The notes under the pieces were generated by a model, which was given only the letters and a program-made list of their open reading frames with translations, was not told the origin of the DNA and made no database searches. Positions 51,108 to 64,000 of a stretch of 64,000 nt of DNA are shown here, piece after piece. The DNA comes from Octopus sinensis. Lineage: Eukaryota. The stretch lies in the NCBI RefSeq assembly GCF_006345805.1, contig NC_042999.1, forward strand, positions 27,404,001 through 27,468,000, given 5' to 3'. Numbering within the stretch: position 1 is the first letter of the stretch; each line of letters opens with the position of its first letter. The translations under genes and the position numbers were made by a program.

Positions 51108-52531
51108 GATATTATAACTATCATTAATATTATATGTTAAATACGTTATAATATAGGTGCTAAAGCTATGAAAGACCAAAAACGTAGAATACATAAATAA
51201 GGATGCAAAATAACATACATACACATACATACATACATGCATACATACATACATACATACATACATATACATACATACATACATACATACATACATACAT
51301 ACTTACATACACACACAGGTGAGTCGTTAAACTTGAGACATTCTTACATACAGTTGGGTTCATGAAAATAAAATTCTTTTACTGCACAGTTGTAGATGTA
51401 GTCAGTTCATTATTATATGACTGGTCTTCTTAATGTTTGGGTTAAGTCTCATAAACACAAATATGTGTGTTGTGTATATGTGTGTGTATGTGTGCATGAG
51501 TATATGTGTATTTGCGCGTGTGTGGTGTATGAGTTTTTGTGTGTGTGTGGTATCTGTGATGAGTGTGTGTGTGTTTACATAGAGAACAATTGAATTTCAA
51601 ACTGAAAAGTTAGCTGACGTGAGAAATGTCGACACCATCAGTGATATTAAATGACTTTGCCACAAGCCAAAACAATAAAGCTAACACGATGCAGGACAGA
51701 AAAGCTATCATTCTTGACATCTTACTACCAGATGTCTCATCGAAACTACATATTGATCAATATTAATGTTTTGCTAGGAGTAGTAATAATGTTTTAAATA
51801 TATATGTCTAGTGATATTGTCGCGGTTTGGACAAGTCTACTTCACTGCACTAATATTGCCGTAATATATTTAAAGAATAAATGCCGTTCTAACATTGAAA
51901 ATAACATTTTCTCAGATAATGGATAAATTTTTTCTGAACAATATAATTACAATAAAATGGATACTAAGTTGGCTGCATAGTTAAGATGTTCGCTTTCTAA
52001 CAACATAGTTTCCGGTTCGTTTTCCACTGTGGCACAATGGACAAGTATATTCAATCAAAATCATGAGATGACCAAATTTTAGCGAATGAAATTTGAAAGA
52101 CGGAAACTATGTAGAAGCCTATCTCAGTGATTGTCCTTTCTCTTGGACGGTAAGATGAAACCGTCTACTGGTTTAGCACTACCTCTTTCCCATGGATGCT
52201 TTGGGCAAAGTCCTTTCCGATGCAAGCTTTCAGATCACATCTCTGGTCCAGTACAACTTCCTTCATTCTCCTTACCAATCTCAGAAATCCTCAAAATGTT
52301 TTATAGGTGCTGCCTTCCTTCCTCTGATCATGGAATTCAATAAAAATGAGAGAAACGTTATTTGCAAATTGATTGTCATAGCTTTGTGATGTTGTATGTC
52401 TAAAATTGTATACGATTCTCTCTCACAATAAAAATCTGAATAGTTGTTTCTTAGCTTCTGCTTTTCCAATAGCTTTGAAAAATTGGAAGTGTACACAGAC
52501 GAAAAATAATATTTTTTACCATGTCCGTTAT

Positions 52532-52562
<31 letters not shown>

Positions 52563-52647
52563 CACACACACACACACACACTCACACACACACATACACA
52601 CACACACACACACACATACACACACATACACATATATATATATACAT

Positions 52648-52707
<60 letters not shown>

Positions 52708-52709
<2 letters not shown>

Positions 52710-54282
52710 GAATACTGAGCAATATAAAAACTCTGTATCTCTCCTTTTAGAGGATACCACATACTACGAAAGAGTAGTCGACTACCAGCAATCCAAAACA
52801 ATGACCAATCTGAAGGCACTCATTTACCAACACCGGAATGACTTGACAGCAAAGGAATGCGACTACATTACTAAATTTAATTGCAAAACCAGCACACTCT
52901 ATGGGCTTCCAAAAATACACAAGAGTCAAATTATCACAGAAGCTTGCAAAAAGTCCACTTCAACCTGCATCACTATACCACATCCCACTGATCTCAAACT
53001 GAGACCAATAGTGGCAGGCCCAAGTTGTGAAACACACAGACTTAGCAACTTTATAGATACCATCTTAAAGCCAATACTGAAACACATTCCAAGTATTGTA
53101 AGAGATGACCTGGACTTATTAAACCATCTCCCCAAACATGCCGATAAAGACACCTTAATCGTTTCTTTTGATGTTATTAATCTTTACACCACAATCCCAC
53201 ATGAATTTGGACTGGAAGCCATTAAATTCTGGCTGGATAAATATCCCAATGAGATCCCGGAAAGAATTAAAAAAGAATTCATAATTGAGGGCCTCAAATT
53301 TATTCTGCAAAACAACTTCATGTATTTCCACAACAACACTTACAGACAGGTCTCAGGAACTGCAATGGGTACGAAAGTTACACCTACCTATGCAAACCTG
53401 GTGATGGCCTACCTGGAATCACATATCTATGAAAAATCCAAATATAAGTACGGCCAGTCTTTCCACAAATACCTGTTGGAGAACTGGAAACGCTACTTAG
53501 ATGATTGCCTCATCCTATGGTCCCACACACTCGACCAACTTATAGACTTCAAAAACCTTATCAACAGTGTAAATAACAACATTCAATTCACAATGGAATA
53601 TAGTCAGGACCAACTCCCTTTTCTTGACATCCTAATCATTAAAAAAGGCGTCAACATTGAAACTGACATCCATTACAAACCCACTGACTCTAAACAATAC
53701 CTTCTATTCACCTCCAATCACCCAAAACACACAAAGACAAATATTCCCTTCAACCTAGCGAGAAGAATCTGCACTATTGTCTCAAATGACACAACACGAA
53801 ATAGAAGACTCCGGGAACTAAGGGCAATTCTTCTCGAAAGACATTACCCGGCATCACTAGTAGACAACGGAATAGAACGGGCCAAATCAATCAACATTCA
53901 AGACCTTCGAAAACCCAAACACATCCACAGTACAGTCAATAGCCTCCCTTATCTCTCAACACACAACCCAAGGAATGCAGAAGCTTACACTATTATATAC
54001 AACAACATTCCACAACTAAATCAAGACCCACGCTTGAAAAAAATACTGGCAGCTCATAAAATAATAAAAAGTAAGAGACAACCTAAATCCCTAAAAAACC
54101 TCCTCACAAACGCAAAATTACACAACACAAACCCACCGCCCACCATCAAAAAATGTGGTCGCCCCAACTGCAAGACCTGCATCCACCTCATTGAGGGATC
54201 GTCGTACAAGTTCCACTCGGGACACACATTCATCATAAAAATAATTTCACGTGCGCATCAAAAAATTTACTCTACGTCATAA
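52708..54282 (+). CDS. Penelope-like element reverse transcriptase (5'-truncated ORF)
   Basis: YGLPKIHK, LRPIVAG, SFDVINLYTTIP, YRQVSGTAMG, WKRYLDDC, LPFLDILI, YKPTD..QYL..SNHP, C-x4-C-x2-C-x2-H linker; the ATG is made by the (TA)n junction. Confidence 0.95.
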
Positions 54283-54548
54283 GGTGTGAAGGATGCCACG
54301 AAGACTACATAGGGCAAACGAGCCTTACCCTCAGAGACAGAATGACAGTTCACCGACAACAACTGAGGGACCCCTCCACAAGACAGATACCACTAAGTGG
54401 ACACTTAGACCTTTGTGCACACAATAAGTCCCCCAAATTCTTAGTCTTCCCACTATACCAATGCTCGGACAACACCACAGACCAAACACGAATAAATAAG
54501 GAAAGTAATCTTATTCAAAAATACAGACCACAACTAAACATACTCTAA
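54240..54548 (+). CDS. GIY-YIG endonuclease domain of the same element (frame reached by a 1-bp shift in the A-run at ~54236-54241)
   Basis: NNFTCASKNLLYVIRCEGCHEDYIGQT..LRDRMTVHRQQ..R..KES..IQKYRPQLN*. Confidence 0.92.
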   Translation, partial: NNFTCASKNLLYVIRCEGCHEDYIGQTSLTLRDRMTVHRQQLRDPSTRQIPLSGHLDLCAHNKSPKFLVFPLYQCSDNTTDQTRINKESNLIQKYRPQLNIL

Positions 54549-54699
54549 CATACCCCCTGGAAACACATCCAGAGCAAGCACACAGGGACGCGCGCACGCT
54601 CACAGCATATCGTGCGGGCGGGCACATGCGCGCATCGGCACGCATAGGACACACTAACGGGCATTGACCGCACACATACGTGGCATGCACACGCATGCA

Positions 54700-55800
54700 T
54701 TATATATATGTAGGTGATGTATGTGTGTGAGTGTTGTGTGTGTGTGTGTGTGTGTGTGTGCACGTTGTGTGTGTGTGTGCGCGGGTGTATATATATATGT
54801 GTGTGTGTGTGTGCACTGTGTGCGTGTGTGTGTATATGTGTGTGTGCGCGCGCGTTGTGTGTGTGTGTGCACGTGTGTATATATGTGTGTGTGTGCACTG
54901 TGTGCGGGTGTGTGTGTATGTGTGTGTGTGTGTGTGTGTGAGCATTGTGTACGTGTGTATGTATTTACATGTGTATTTGTTTATATATATATATATATAT
55001 GTGTCTGTGTGTTGTGTGTGTATATGCATGGTATGTGTGTATATGTTAGTACTTTGTTTGTGTGTGTGTGCGGCATGTAGAGATATATTTGAGTGTGTAC
55101 GTTATAGGTTTGTAATTTGTGTGTGTGGGGGGGTGAATTTTTTACATAAATATATGTGTGTGTATGTGTGTGAAAAAATATATGTATGTGCATGTATGTA
55201 TGTATGTGTGTATATATATATATATGTGTATATATATGTGTGTGTGTGTATGTGTGTGTGTGTATATTTATTTGCTTGCTTATGTGTGTATAAACATGTA
55301 CATTATTTGCATGCGCATTGTGTATATGTATATTGTATGTATGTGTATTGTATATGTATGTGTACAATTAAGTGTATATATGTGTGTGTATGTGTGCATT
55401 GTATATATGTATATTGTAGGTGTGCTATATATGCATGAATACATGTATGTGCATTGCGTGTATATATATGTATGCATTGTGTATGTATGTTATGTGTGTG
55501 TGTGTATATATATATTATATGTATGCGTACGTGTATGTGTATGCATTGTATGTATGTGTATTGTGTGTATATGTGGTACATCTATGTATGTGTATGTAAA
55601 CACTATTTATATGTATATGTGTATATATGTATATGCATTGTCTATATATATATATATTATATGTATGTACTGCGTATGTATATTGCATGCATATATTGTG
55701 TATGTATATTACTTACATGCTGTATGTGTGTATTGTATGTGTGTATATATATGCTAGGTGTATTTGTGTGATATTTATATTATGTATGTATGTGTACGTG

Positions 55801-55835
<35 letters not shown>

Positions 55836-56026
55836 GTGTGTATGTGTATTATATATCTGTGTATGTTATATATAGATATATGTTATATTTGTGTGCTGTG
55901 TGTATATGTGATATATATGGGTGCGTTGTGTGTGGGTGTGTGTGTTCTGTGTGTGTGTGTGTGTGTGTGTGTTGTTTGTATGTGGTGTGTGTTTGTTTAC
56001 TATGTGTGTGTGTGTGTGTGTGTTGT

Positions 56027-56059
<33 letters not shown>

Positions 56060-56065
56060 GTGTGT
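54700..56065. repeat. ~1.4-kb cryptically simple TG/TA tract directly downstream of the Penelope ORF
   Basis: Direct reading; source of many spurious C/V/Y/M ORFs. Confidence 0.95.
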
Positions 56066-56725
56066 GACAAACAGACGCTATCTGACCAGCAGGCACGGAC
56101 ACATCTATTCACACCCGCATACTAACCTCCTGATAACCCCAAAATCATTCATGCATAAAGGGGAAGTATACACCACATTGGCTACTTCTTCTGGTCTCTC
56201 AGTTCAGCCTTTCTGCTAATACCGACAGGTCAGTAAAAACATATTCTCGCCTTGTACTTAAAATATTCTGAGATGTATAAAAAATCCATTTTAATTTTTG
56301 CTGTCAAAAGGCTGTATATATATACCAAAGATTGTATATATATACATGTAATGTGACAATTTGCGACAACCAATAATTAACGCAACCAATTCCCAATAAT
56401 ATATTTGTTTTATCCTTTTCTGCCAAATTTTCCCAAATATTCTCATCACACTATTGAACTTCTCTGTTACCAAACACTATATTTATACATGTAATGTGAC
56501 AATTATGTATAAAAAAACATTTTTGAATTCATAATATCCAATGTGACAATTATGTAAAAACTTTTTTGAATGCATAATATTCAATGTGACAATTATGTAA
56601 AAAACCTTTTTTGAACCCATATTATTCAATGTTTCCTTAAATGTAACTTTTGACAATCTTTTACCAAAGAGTGAAACCGGTTAAGTAAATAAACATCGTT
56701 TAAATTGCATTTTCAAACCTTTTTT

Positions 56726-56766
<41 letters not shown>

Positions 56767-56807
56767 ATACAATAAGATATTATAACTATCAATAAATATT
56801 GATAGAA

Positions 56808-57130
56808 GAAAGAGTGAGAGAAAGTTGTGGCGAAAGAGTACAGCAGGGATTGCCACCACCCTCTGCCGGAGCCTCGTGGAGCTTTAGGTGTTTTCGCTCA
56901 ATAAACACTCACAACGCCCGGTCTGGGAATCGAAACCGTGATCCTACGACCGCGAAATCCGCTGCCCTAAGTGTGTTATGTTCTCGAGCAAAACACTTCA
57001 TTTCACGTTGCTCTGTATTCACTTCGACACTTAACGCGTGGCATGCGATGCACCTGTTCAGGCGACGTCGATTTTATGGAGGGAGTGAGCCAATGTAAAA
57101 TACATACATTTCATCACTACTAACAAATCG
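56808..57130 (-). mobile_element. tRNA-head SINE fragments
   Basis: 56808-56970 matches 37700-37815 and 41150-41300. Confidence 0.8.
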
Positions 57131-57244
57131 TTTGTGCAGGTCGTTCGGAAAAAAGGCTGAACGCTCAGACGACGTCTTCGACGTATCAGTCTTTTAATGG
57201 CTGTAGTCGTAGGACTGTTACCATGCAGGAGTGCCTCCTTAATT

Positions 57245-57453
57245 AGCACGCCGGGCGAAATGCGTAGCCGTATTTCGTCTGCTGTTACATTCTGTGTTCA
57301 AATTCCGCCGAGGTTGACTTTGCCTTTCATCCTTTCGGGGTCGATAAATTAAGTACCAGTTACGCACTGGGGGTCGATGTAATCGACTTAATCCGTTTGT
57401 CTGTCCTTGTTTGTCCCCTGTATGTTTAGCCCCTTGTGGGTAGTAAAGAAATA
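57245..57453 (+). mobile_element. 5'-truncated SINE (8533 family)
   Basis: 18-bp TSD aggagtgcctccttaatt at 57227-57244 and 57454-57471. Confidence 0.92.
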
Positions 57454-57479
57454 AGGAGTGCCTCCTTAATTTAGTTTCT

Positions 57480-60300
57480 TTCGGTTTTATTGACGCTTAA
57501 TGACTGGAAGCTGGATTTATGATTGCGCTTGTGGCAATCATACTTCTTTGGGAGTATTCTTGAATGATTGGCTGGTCCGGTATCGGAGTTAGGAGTTTAT
57601 CCGATTATTTTTTTTTTGTGTTAGCAGAATTTCTTTTTATATTTCTGATTTCTTTAGGCATGCAGTTAAACAATTAAGGACCTCTAATTATCCGACGGGT
57701 ACAATAGAGTATTTTAGCCTGTGATTTCGAAGGTGATATATTTCCAAGCTGACAGTCTCTACCAGTTCGCGCATCAAAATTCTCTGTAATACTGAGTTTG
57801 AATCTAATCCATTAATAGCTTCAATAACATCATTATTATGTAGAGCTGTCTCTGCAGTTGAATTCTGGTGGTCAAAGAATTCGTTTTGGATTATGTGATA
57901 TTTAGTTAATTATAGGTTTGGAAACTGTTGTATTGTTGACTCAAGACTGCATATATATGTGATAAATAGTTAGTGTATGATCTTTTGTTTTTAAAAAGTG
58001 GAAAAAGAACTTGGGACTAGACTATGTATTATCCATTGCTCGGTGTTCCTTTAGAGAAGTTGTTCTTTTTTTTTCAAATATGATTTTTTTAGGTCTAGTT
58101 CGATGTTTTTCTTTTCGTATTTTTTTATGGTAATATCATCTATTGAAAGAATTTGGCGTTATAGCTGTTTTATAATTTTGATTCTGGCATAACATCTGTC
58201 TATCTCGGGGAATCAAGTTCTTGCGATAATAGGAATGCTTTTGACAAATCTTGATTAACTTTACGTAAAAGAACTTCTTTCCCTCATTAACACTGTAGTT
58301 CCCTTTATACTGAGATCAGTTTGTTTTGAGGATTTCAGTTTTGAATACCTTCCACTTGTCCTTCTTGGAATTCAAGTTCATAAGGGATGAATCATGCTTG
58401 ATATTATTTGTATGTTGTCCTCTTAAAGCCGTATATAGATCATTGTATAATGCTGTGGTCAGGGATAGCTGTTGGAATGACCGGAACATTGTGAATGAAG
58501 TTTGTATTAGTGGTAAAGATTAGATCGCATAGGTTATTTTCCAAAGTTAGAGAAATAATAACTTCTTGCGTGAGAAATGCTTTAGTGTTGTCGAGAAGAA
58601 CGTTCACAACTCTCCTGTTTAGTTGTTTAGCTCCAGGTTGGATATAACACTCATGTCAGCTGAAATTAGGAAAATTAAAGTCGCTTGTTAAAAGTACATT
58701 GACCTGAGGGCTGGCTTCATTTAGGATTTGACTTATGAGTGATAAAGCGTCTCTGAAGTGACCCTCGGGGTTAACCGCACCAGAAGGACTGTAGGTAATG
58801 CCTATGATAAAATTGAGCTTAATCACAAGTGTTTATTTGATTTGCGCGGTAAATTTTACTGTCGTACCCGATGGATGTCTCGGTGATACCTGAGTTTTGA
58901 TGAAAGTCTAGACCAGAACTGCCACTGTAAGAAATGTTTCTACTGTGGATTTGGTGTTGGCTTGGAGTCATACTTTTAAATGTGCATTGAGTCCTATGAA
59001 GATGAGAGAAGGGACAGTGATGCGTCAGACATACTTTCTCGCGTTGGGTATAGCGACAGATTTTAGCATTCCAGGTTACACTTGCAGAAGTTATAAAGTT
59101 TGATTTAATATTTTGTGGTATACCGTAAATCCTCGAGTATAATCCGCATTTTTTCCCAAAATTTAAAGGTCAAAATCCCTAGTGCGTACTATATATATGT
59201 TAAAAATGAAAAATATTTTCTAAGCAATGTCCGAGTCTCTATTTGCTGTCCGGCAATGTTTATTCAGACGCATTTTGTGATGTCGGGTGCGAAAATACCT
59301 TAAGCTAAGCCTAGCAATGAAGTCATAAAAGAATCATCCATAACTTGCAGTAAGCAACATTTATTAACATAAAAGTATTCAGAATACAGAATAACATGTA
59401 ACAAAAACAATTTGCAAACATATTTACATTCCCATATAACAGTTAAGAACATCACCATTATTGTATTACGCATTTGCGGAAGTGTCTGTTCGCCTAGGTG
59501 CTGCTGGCTTATTTACGCACGACTCAAGTTAGAGGAGGGGTGCGTATTATACACAAGGTTTAAGTTTTTCAGAGGTACAGCCCCCTAAAATTCTCCTGCG
59601 TATTATACTCAAGGGCGGACTATATTCGAAGATTTACGGTAAGATATGGGCTATGCGTTGGCTGTTGTTACTACTACGAATTGTGCGTCTTGTCCCAGGT
59701 ATATGGGTGAAGTTGCAGTCACTACGTATGCATAGTCTCTTGCGTTGAGAATATCGGTATACTTTTGGGCTTCGTGAGTTCATAGATTTTCTTTTATTTA
59801 CAGTAGTAAGAATTACCATGGTGTTGTGAGATATACAATCAGATTGAGGTGAACAGTGGGAATGGGGAGTAAAGCATGATTCCTCACCAATTGCAGTATT
59901 AGTAGCATTTATGGAAGAAACAATATAATAGGATGAAAATTTTGATGATGGATCTCTTGTGTTTTTCTGAGAGAGAATGAGGAATTTAAGGGATTTTGTT
60001 TAGCTCTTTTATAACTGTTAAAATAAATCATTATTCAGTTCATAACTCCAAGAAAAATGTGTTTTGCAGTTGCGGTTTCTTTTATAGCTACAGTAGAAAG
60101 GGTTTGTTTACCTTTTGCGATTTTGTTTTCCTACTGTTCTTCAGTTTTGTTGTTGTTGATGTTGTCGTGTCTAGCCATGTTCTTTGTTGTAACTCACTGC
60201 ATAGTGAAGTCACAGGTTTCAATCGAAAATCACTACAAACTTGAAAAAAACGGCTCCATTCGTAAATTCATCACAAGATTAACCAGTTATTTCACTGGGC
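57480..60300 (-). pseudogene. Highly decayed CR1-like LINE (ORF1 Cys/His fingers, APE, 3' end; RT largely missing)
   Basis: Minus-strand peptides CSYKRNR, RLCIRSDCNFTHIPGT (ORF1-like), IGITYSPSG..LLTSDFNFP (APE), RGP.LFNCMPKEIRNI (ORF2 end). Confidence 0.65.
59123..59639. mobile_element. pogo/Tigger-type MITE inserted in the LINE relic
   Basis: TIRs ccgtaaatcctcgagtataatccgc / gcggactatattcgaagatttacgg with TA on both sides. Confidence 0.8.
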
Positions 60301-60367
60301 TGAAAGTTGCAGATATAATTTATTGAATTCTCGATAAAGAGTCTCCCTCGCCAAATATCCGAGTGCG

Positions 60368-61650
60368 TATGTATGTATGTATGTATGTATGTATGTATGT
60401 ATGTATGTATGTATGTATGTATGTATATATGTATGTATGTATGTATGTATATATTGATGTATGTTTGTATGTATGTTTGTATGTATGTATGTATGTATAT
60501 GTATGTATGTATGTATGTATGTATGAATGAATGTATGTATGAATGTATGTATGTATGTATGAATGAATGAATGTATGTATGTATGTATGTATATATGAAT
60601 GTATGTATGTATTTATGTATGTATGTATGTATGTATGAATGAATGTATGTATGTATGTATGTATGTATGTATGTATGTATGTATGTATGTATGTATGAAT
60701 GTATGTATGTATGTATGTATGTATGTATGTATGTATGTGTGTATGTATGAATGTATGTATGTATGAATGAATGTATGTATGTATGTATGTATGTATGAAT
60801 GAATGTATGTATGTATGTATGTATGTATGTATGAATGAATGTATGTATGTATGAATGAATGTATGTATGTATGTATGTATGTATGTACGTATGTATGTAT
60901 GAATGAATGTATGTATGTATGTATGAATGAATGTATGTATGTATGTATGAATGAATGTATGTATGTATGTATGTATGTATGTATGTATTAATGTATGTAT
61001 GAATGTATGTATGAATGAATGTATGTATGAATGTATGTATGTATGTATGAATGTATGTATGAATGTATGTAAGTATGTATGTATGAATGTATGTATGTAT
61101 GTTTGTATGTATGTATGTATGTATGTATGTATGAATGTATGTATGTATGTATGTATGTATGTGTGTATGTATGAATGTATGTATGTATGAATGAATGTAT
61201 GTATGTATGTATGTATGTATGAATGAATGTATGTATGTATGTATGTATGAATGAATGTATGTATGTATGAATGAATGTATGTATGTATGTATGTATGTAT
61301 GTATGTACGTATGTATGTATGAATGAATGTATGTATGTATGTATGAATGAATGTATGTATGTATGTATGAATGAATGTATGTATGTATGTATGTATGTAT
61401 TAATGTATGTATGAATGTATGTATGAATGAATGTATGTATGTATGTATGTATGTATGTATGAATGTATGTATGAATGTATGTAAGTATGTATGTATGAAT
61501 GTATGTATGTATTAATGTATGTATGTATGAATGTATGTATGTATGAATGTATGTATGTATTAATGTATGTATGTATGAATGTATGTTTGTATGTATGTAC
61601 GTTTGTATGTACGTACGTATGTATGTATGTATGTATTTATATGTGCGCGT
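60368..61650. repeat. 1.3-kb compound (TATG)n/(TGAA)n satellite
   Basis: Direct reading. Confidence 0.95.
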
Positions 61651-62703
61651 GTGTGTGCGCATGCCTGTGTTTTAGAAAATGAACCCTAAATCATAAATGC
61701 CCTTCATTTAACAGTAAAGTTCAATTCAAATCATAATTCTGATGTAGTTCTTAATTATTTATTTTTTTTACTTCTACTTCTATTCGTTATCCTAACGAAT
61801 TTTCAACTTAACTACACGAAACATCATTTTATTTTGTAATTACATTTAACTTATGTATTTGTAATTATAATTTCATAGTGTTCTTTTAATTATGCTGCTA
61901 TTTTATATCACTATATTCATTGATTTATGGAAATTATGATTTACGGTTAATATCAGTTCAAAAGAAAGCATTACAGATTTTATATGACCTGGCAAAGAAG
62001 AACGTCTGAGAAAGAGTGACGCTATCAGTTACCGCACAGGGTGGCAACACCTTTAGTGATACTACTGGCTTGATATCACGTTAGTTGATGGTGCTACTAG
62101 CAAGTCATATATTCACTTCAGAGAATCTATTTCGCTGAAGTCAATAAAATCATTAGCATCTCTTCCCATCGCATAGTTTGGAATAATGTGTTTCATAAGT
62201 GCCGGCTTTTAATCATTTATCATTAACTTCTCAATTAACAATCTATCCATCATTTTAAATTAAAAAGAGGCCGAGATTGCAGTCTGAGTCGACAAAAATC
62301 AATAAATAACGTTTGCGAGTTTGCATGATGTGGGGGCGAGGGAGACGGGAAATTTCAAAGAATGAGTAGAGTCCTCTTGGAGTAAAAATAAAAGGAATTG
62401 TTTGCATTTGTTCCAGTGAAATAAAAAGTGTAGGATTTGCAAAATCGTTAGAGCGCCAGACAAAATGCCTCTGGTATTTAGTTATAGGATTTGAACACAA
62501 ATCTTAAGGTTTTGTATTCAAATCCTGTCGAGATATTTCATCTTACTTGGTCGATACTATAAAGTAACCGTAAAGTTCTAGAATTGCTACAATCACCTAT
62601 TTCCTTCTTAAAGACATTACAATTCAGGGACTTCGAATGGCATAAATAGATCTTTGGAAGTTTAATACATTAAATTAATTAACTGAAAATATTTATAAAA
62701 CTA

Positions 62704-62760
62704 CTATCAGAAGTACCCGGCGTTGCTCGAGATTAAAATGGCAGCGCGTATGTACGTATG

Positions 62761-62794
<34 letters not shown>

Positions 62795-64000
62795 TGTATG
62801 TATGTATGTATGTAGGTATGTAGGTATGTAGGTATGTATGTATGTATTAGTATATATTAGTTATGTTGAAACAGGTGATACGGGAAAGTGAAGCGTTGAT
62901 GATAAAACATTTGTGAAGTGAATGATGGGCTAATTCGACTAAGCGACATGTCATGCGTCAGTTTGGAAGAATCTAGGCCCTAATCTGTCATGAAAAATTG
63001 AGGTTGGAGGGATAAGTAATTTTTTGAACGCACTGAAAAGCTATCAGTGGATATACTCTCCTTCGCGGTGGTCGGCACTGCGTTTAACACGACCCATCGT
63101 ATGGGTGACAGTCGAATGAATGTAGGTGTAACGGATATATTGTACGTAAATGGGTACATTCTGCAAATGGGCTACAATGGGAGACGGCAACGGGAAAATG
63201 AGCTGTTGAAATGTAGCAGAAAGCGAAGGGTTGACATTGGATTGCTGGTGTGGCTGTAGAATAAGAAACATAATCTGAGCCACACACACTCACAGACACA
63301 TGCACATTCCTATACAAAATGTGACGACACTCACATACATATAGTAAGACAGATACACACAGACATACATAGGTTTTCATCTCATTGTTTTTTCAGCTGT
63401 CACATATGTATAAGTATGTGTAGATGTGTCTTTTAATCCAAATGAAAATAGAAATGATCACACATACACACATACGCTTTCACATATACTCACATACATA
63501 TAGTTAGAGAGGCACACACTAGCAAACATTCACGCATGTCAGTCGTCACATATGTATATGTATGTGTAGATGTGTGTTTAATGACGTATGTAATGCGGAA
63601 GCACACTCACTCTCACGGACACATATACACTCATACACCCACACAAATACACTCACAGAAACATACACACTCATATACAAAATGTGACGTCGTTGTCGTC
63701 ATGGTATAAAATGTCCTTTACTATCTTGTACGTATCGGAGGCACAAACACATACACAGACACATACACACTCATAGGAAATGTCCGGTACTATTTTTGAC
63801 TATAGAAAAATTATCACTATGAAGTATTATATTGTTTTAATCGAAATTTAAAATAAATTGCATGTTGACACTCGCGAAGTGTAATACTATATAGTAAGAG
63901 AGACACTCTGACATACATTCACGCATTTCAGTCGTCACATATGTATTTGTATGTGCAGATATGTGTGTATATTTAATAACGTACCTAACGTGGAAACACA
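62704..64000 (-). mobile_element. Probable degenerate non-autonomous Helitron 3' end with internal microsatellites, running off the window
   Basis: actatcagaagtacccggcgttgctcga resembles the Helitron 3' end actagcagtatcgcccggcgttgctcggg at 5589. Confidence 0.45.

Noticed and set aside
52120-52520. Protein-like minus-strand frame with two stops (FKAIGKAEAKK...DQRCDLKACIGK)
   Set aside because: Looks like decayed coding DNA but I cannot assign a family; tBLASTn would be needed.

Overview
AT-rich, microsatellite-dense eukaryotic non-genic (intergenic or deep intronic) DNA. The SINE families and repeat landscape look like an octopus/cephalopod genome (inference from remembered sequence, not a database match). 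I found no convincing host-gene exon; nearly all short ORFs in the track are microsatellite translations. The recognisable coding DNA is transposon-derived: a near-intact Penelope-like element (RT + GIY-YIG, 52.7-54.5 kb), a full-length decayed DD34D mariner (43.1-44.3 kb), a Helitron RepHel relic lacking its Rep core (24.6-26.9 kb), and RTE-, R4- and CR1-like LINE relics, plus many tRNA-derived SINEs, MITEs and non-autonomous Helitrons. The main hidden signal is RNA-level. At least five unrelated short non-coding elements sit in (TA)n tracts and carry type I hammerhead ribozyme (HHR) motifs. They include a 481-nt unit with a textbook HHR and a ~555-bp HHR unit amplified into a 5-kb head-to-head array with the geometry expected from twin-primed rolling-circle reverse transcription. 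A further family (3 copies) has hammerhead core pieces in a permuted, pseudoknotted order supported by covariation. All structures were read by eye and need computational and experimental confirmation.
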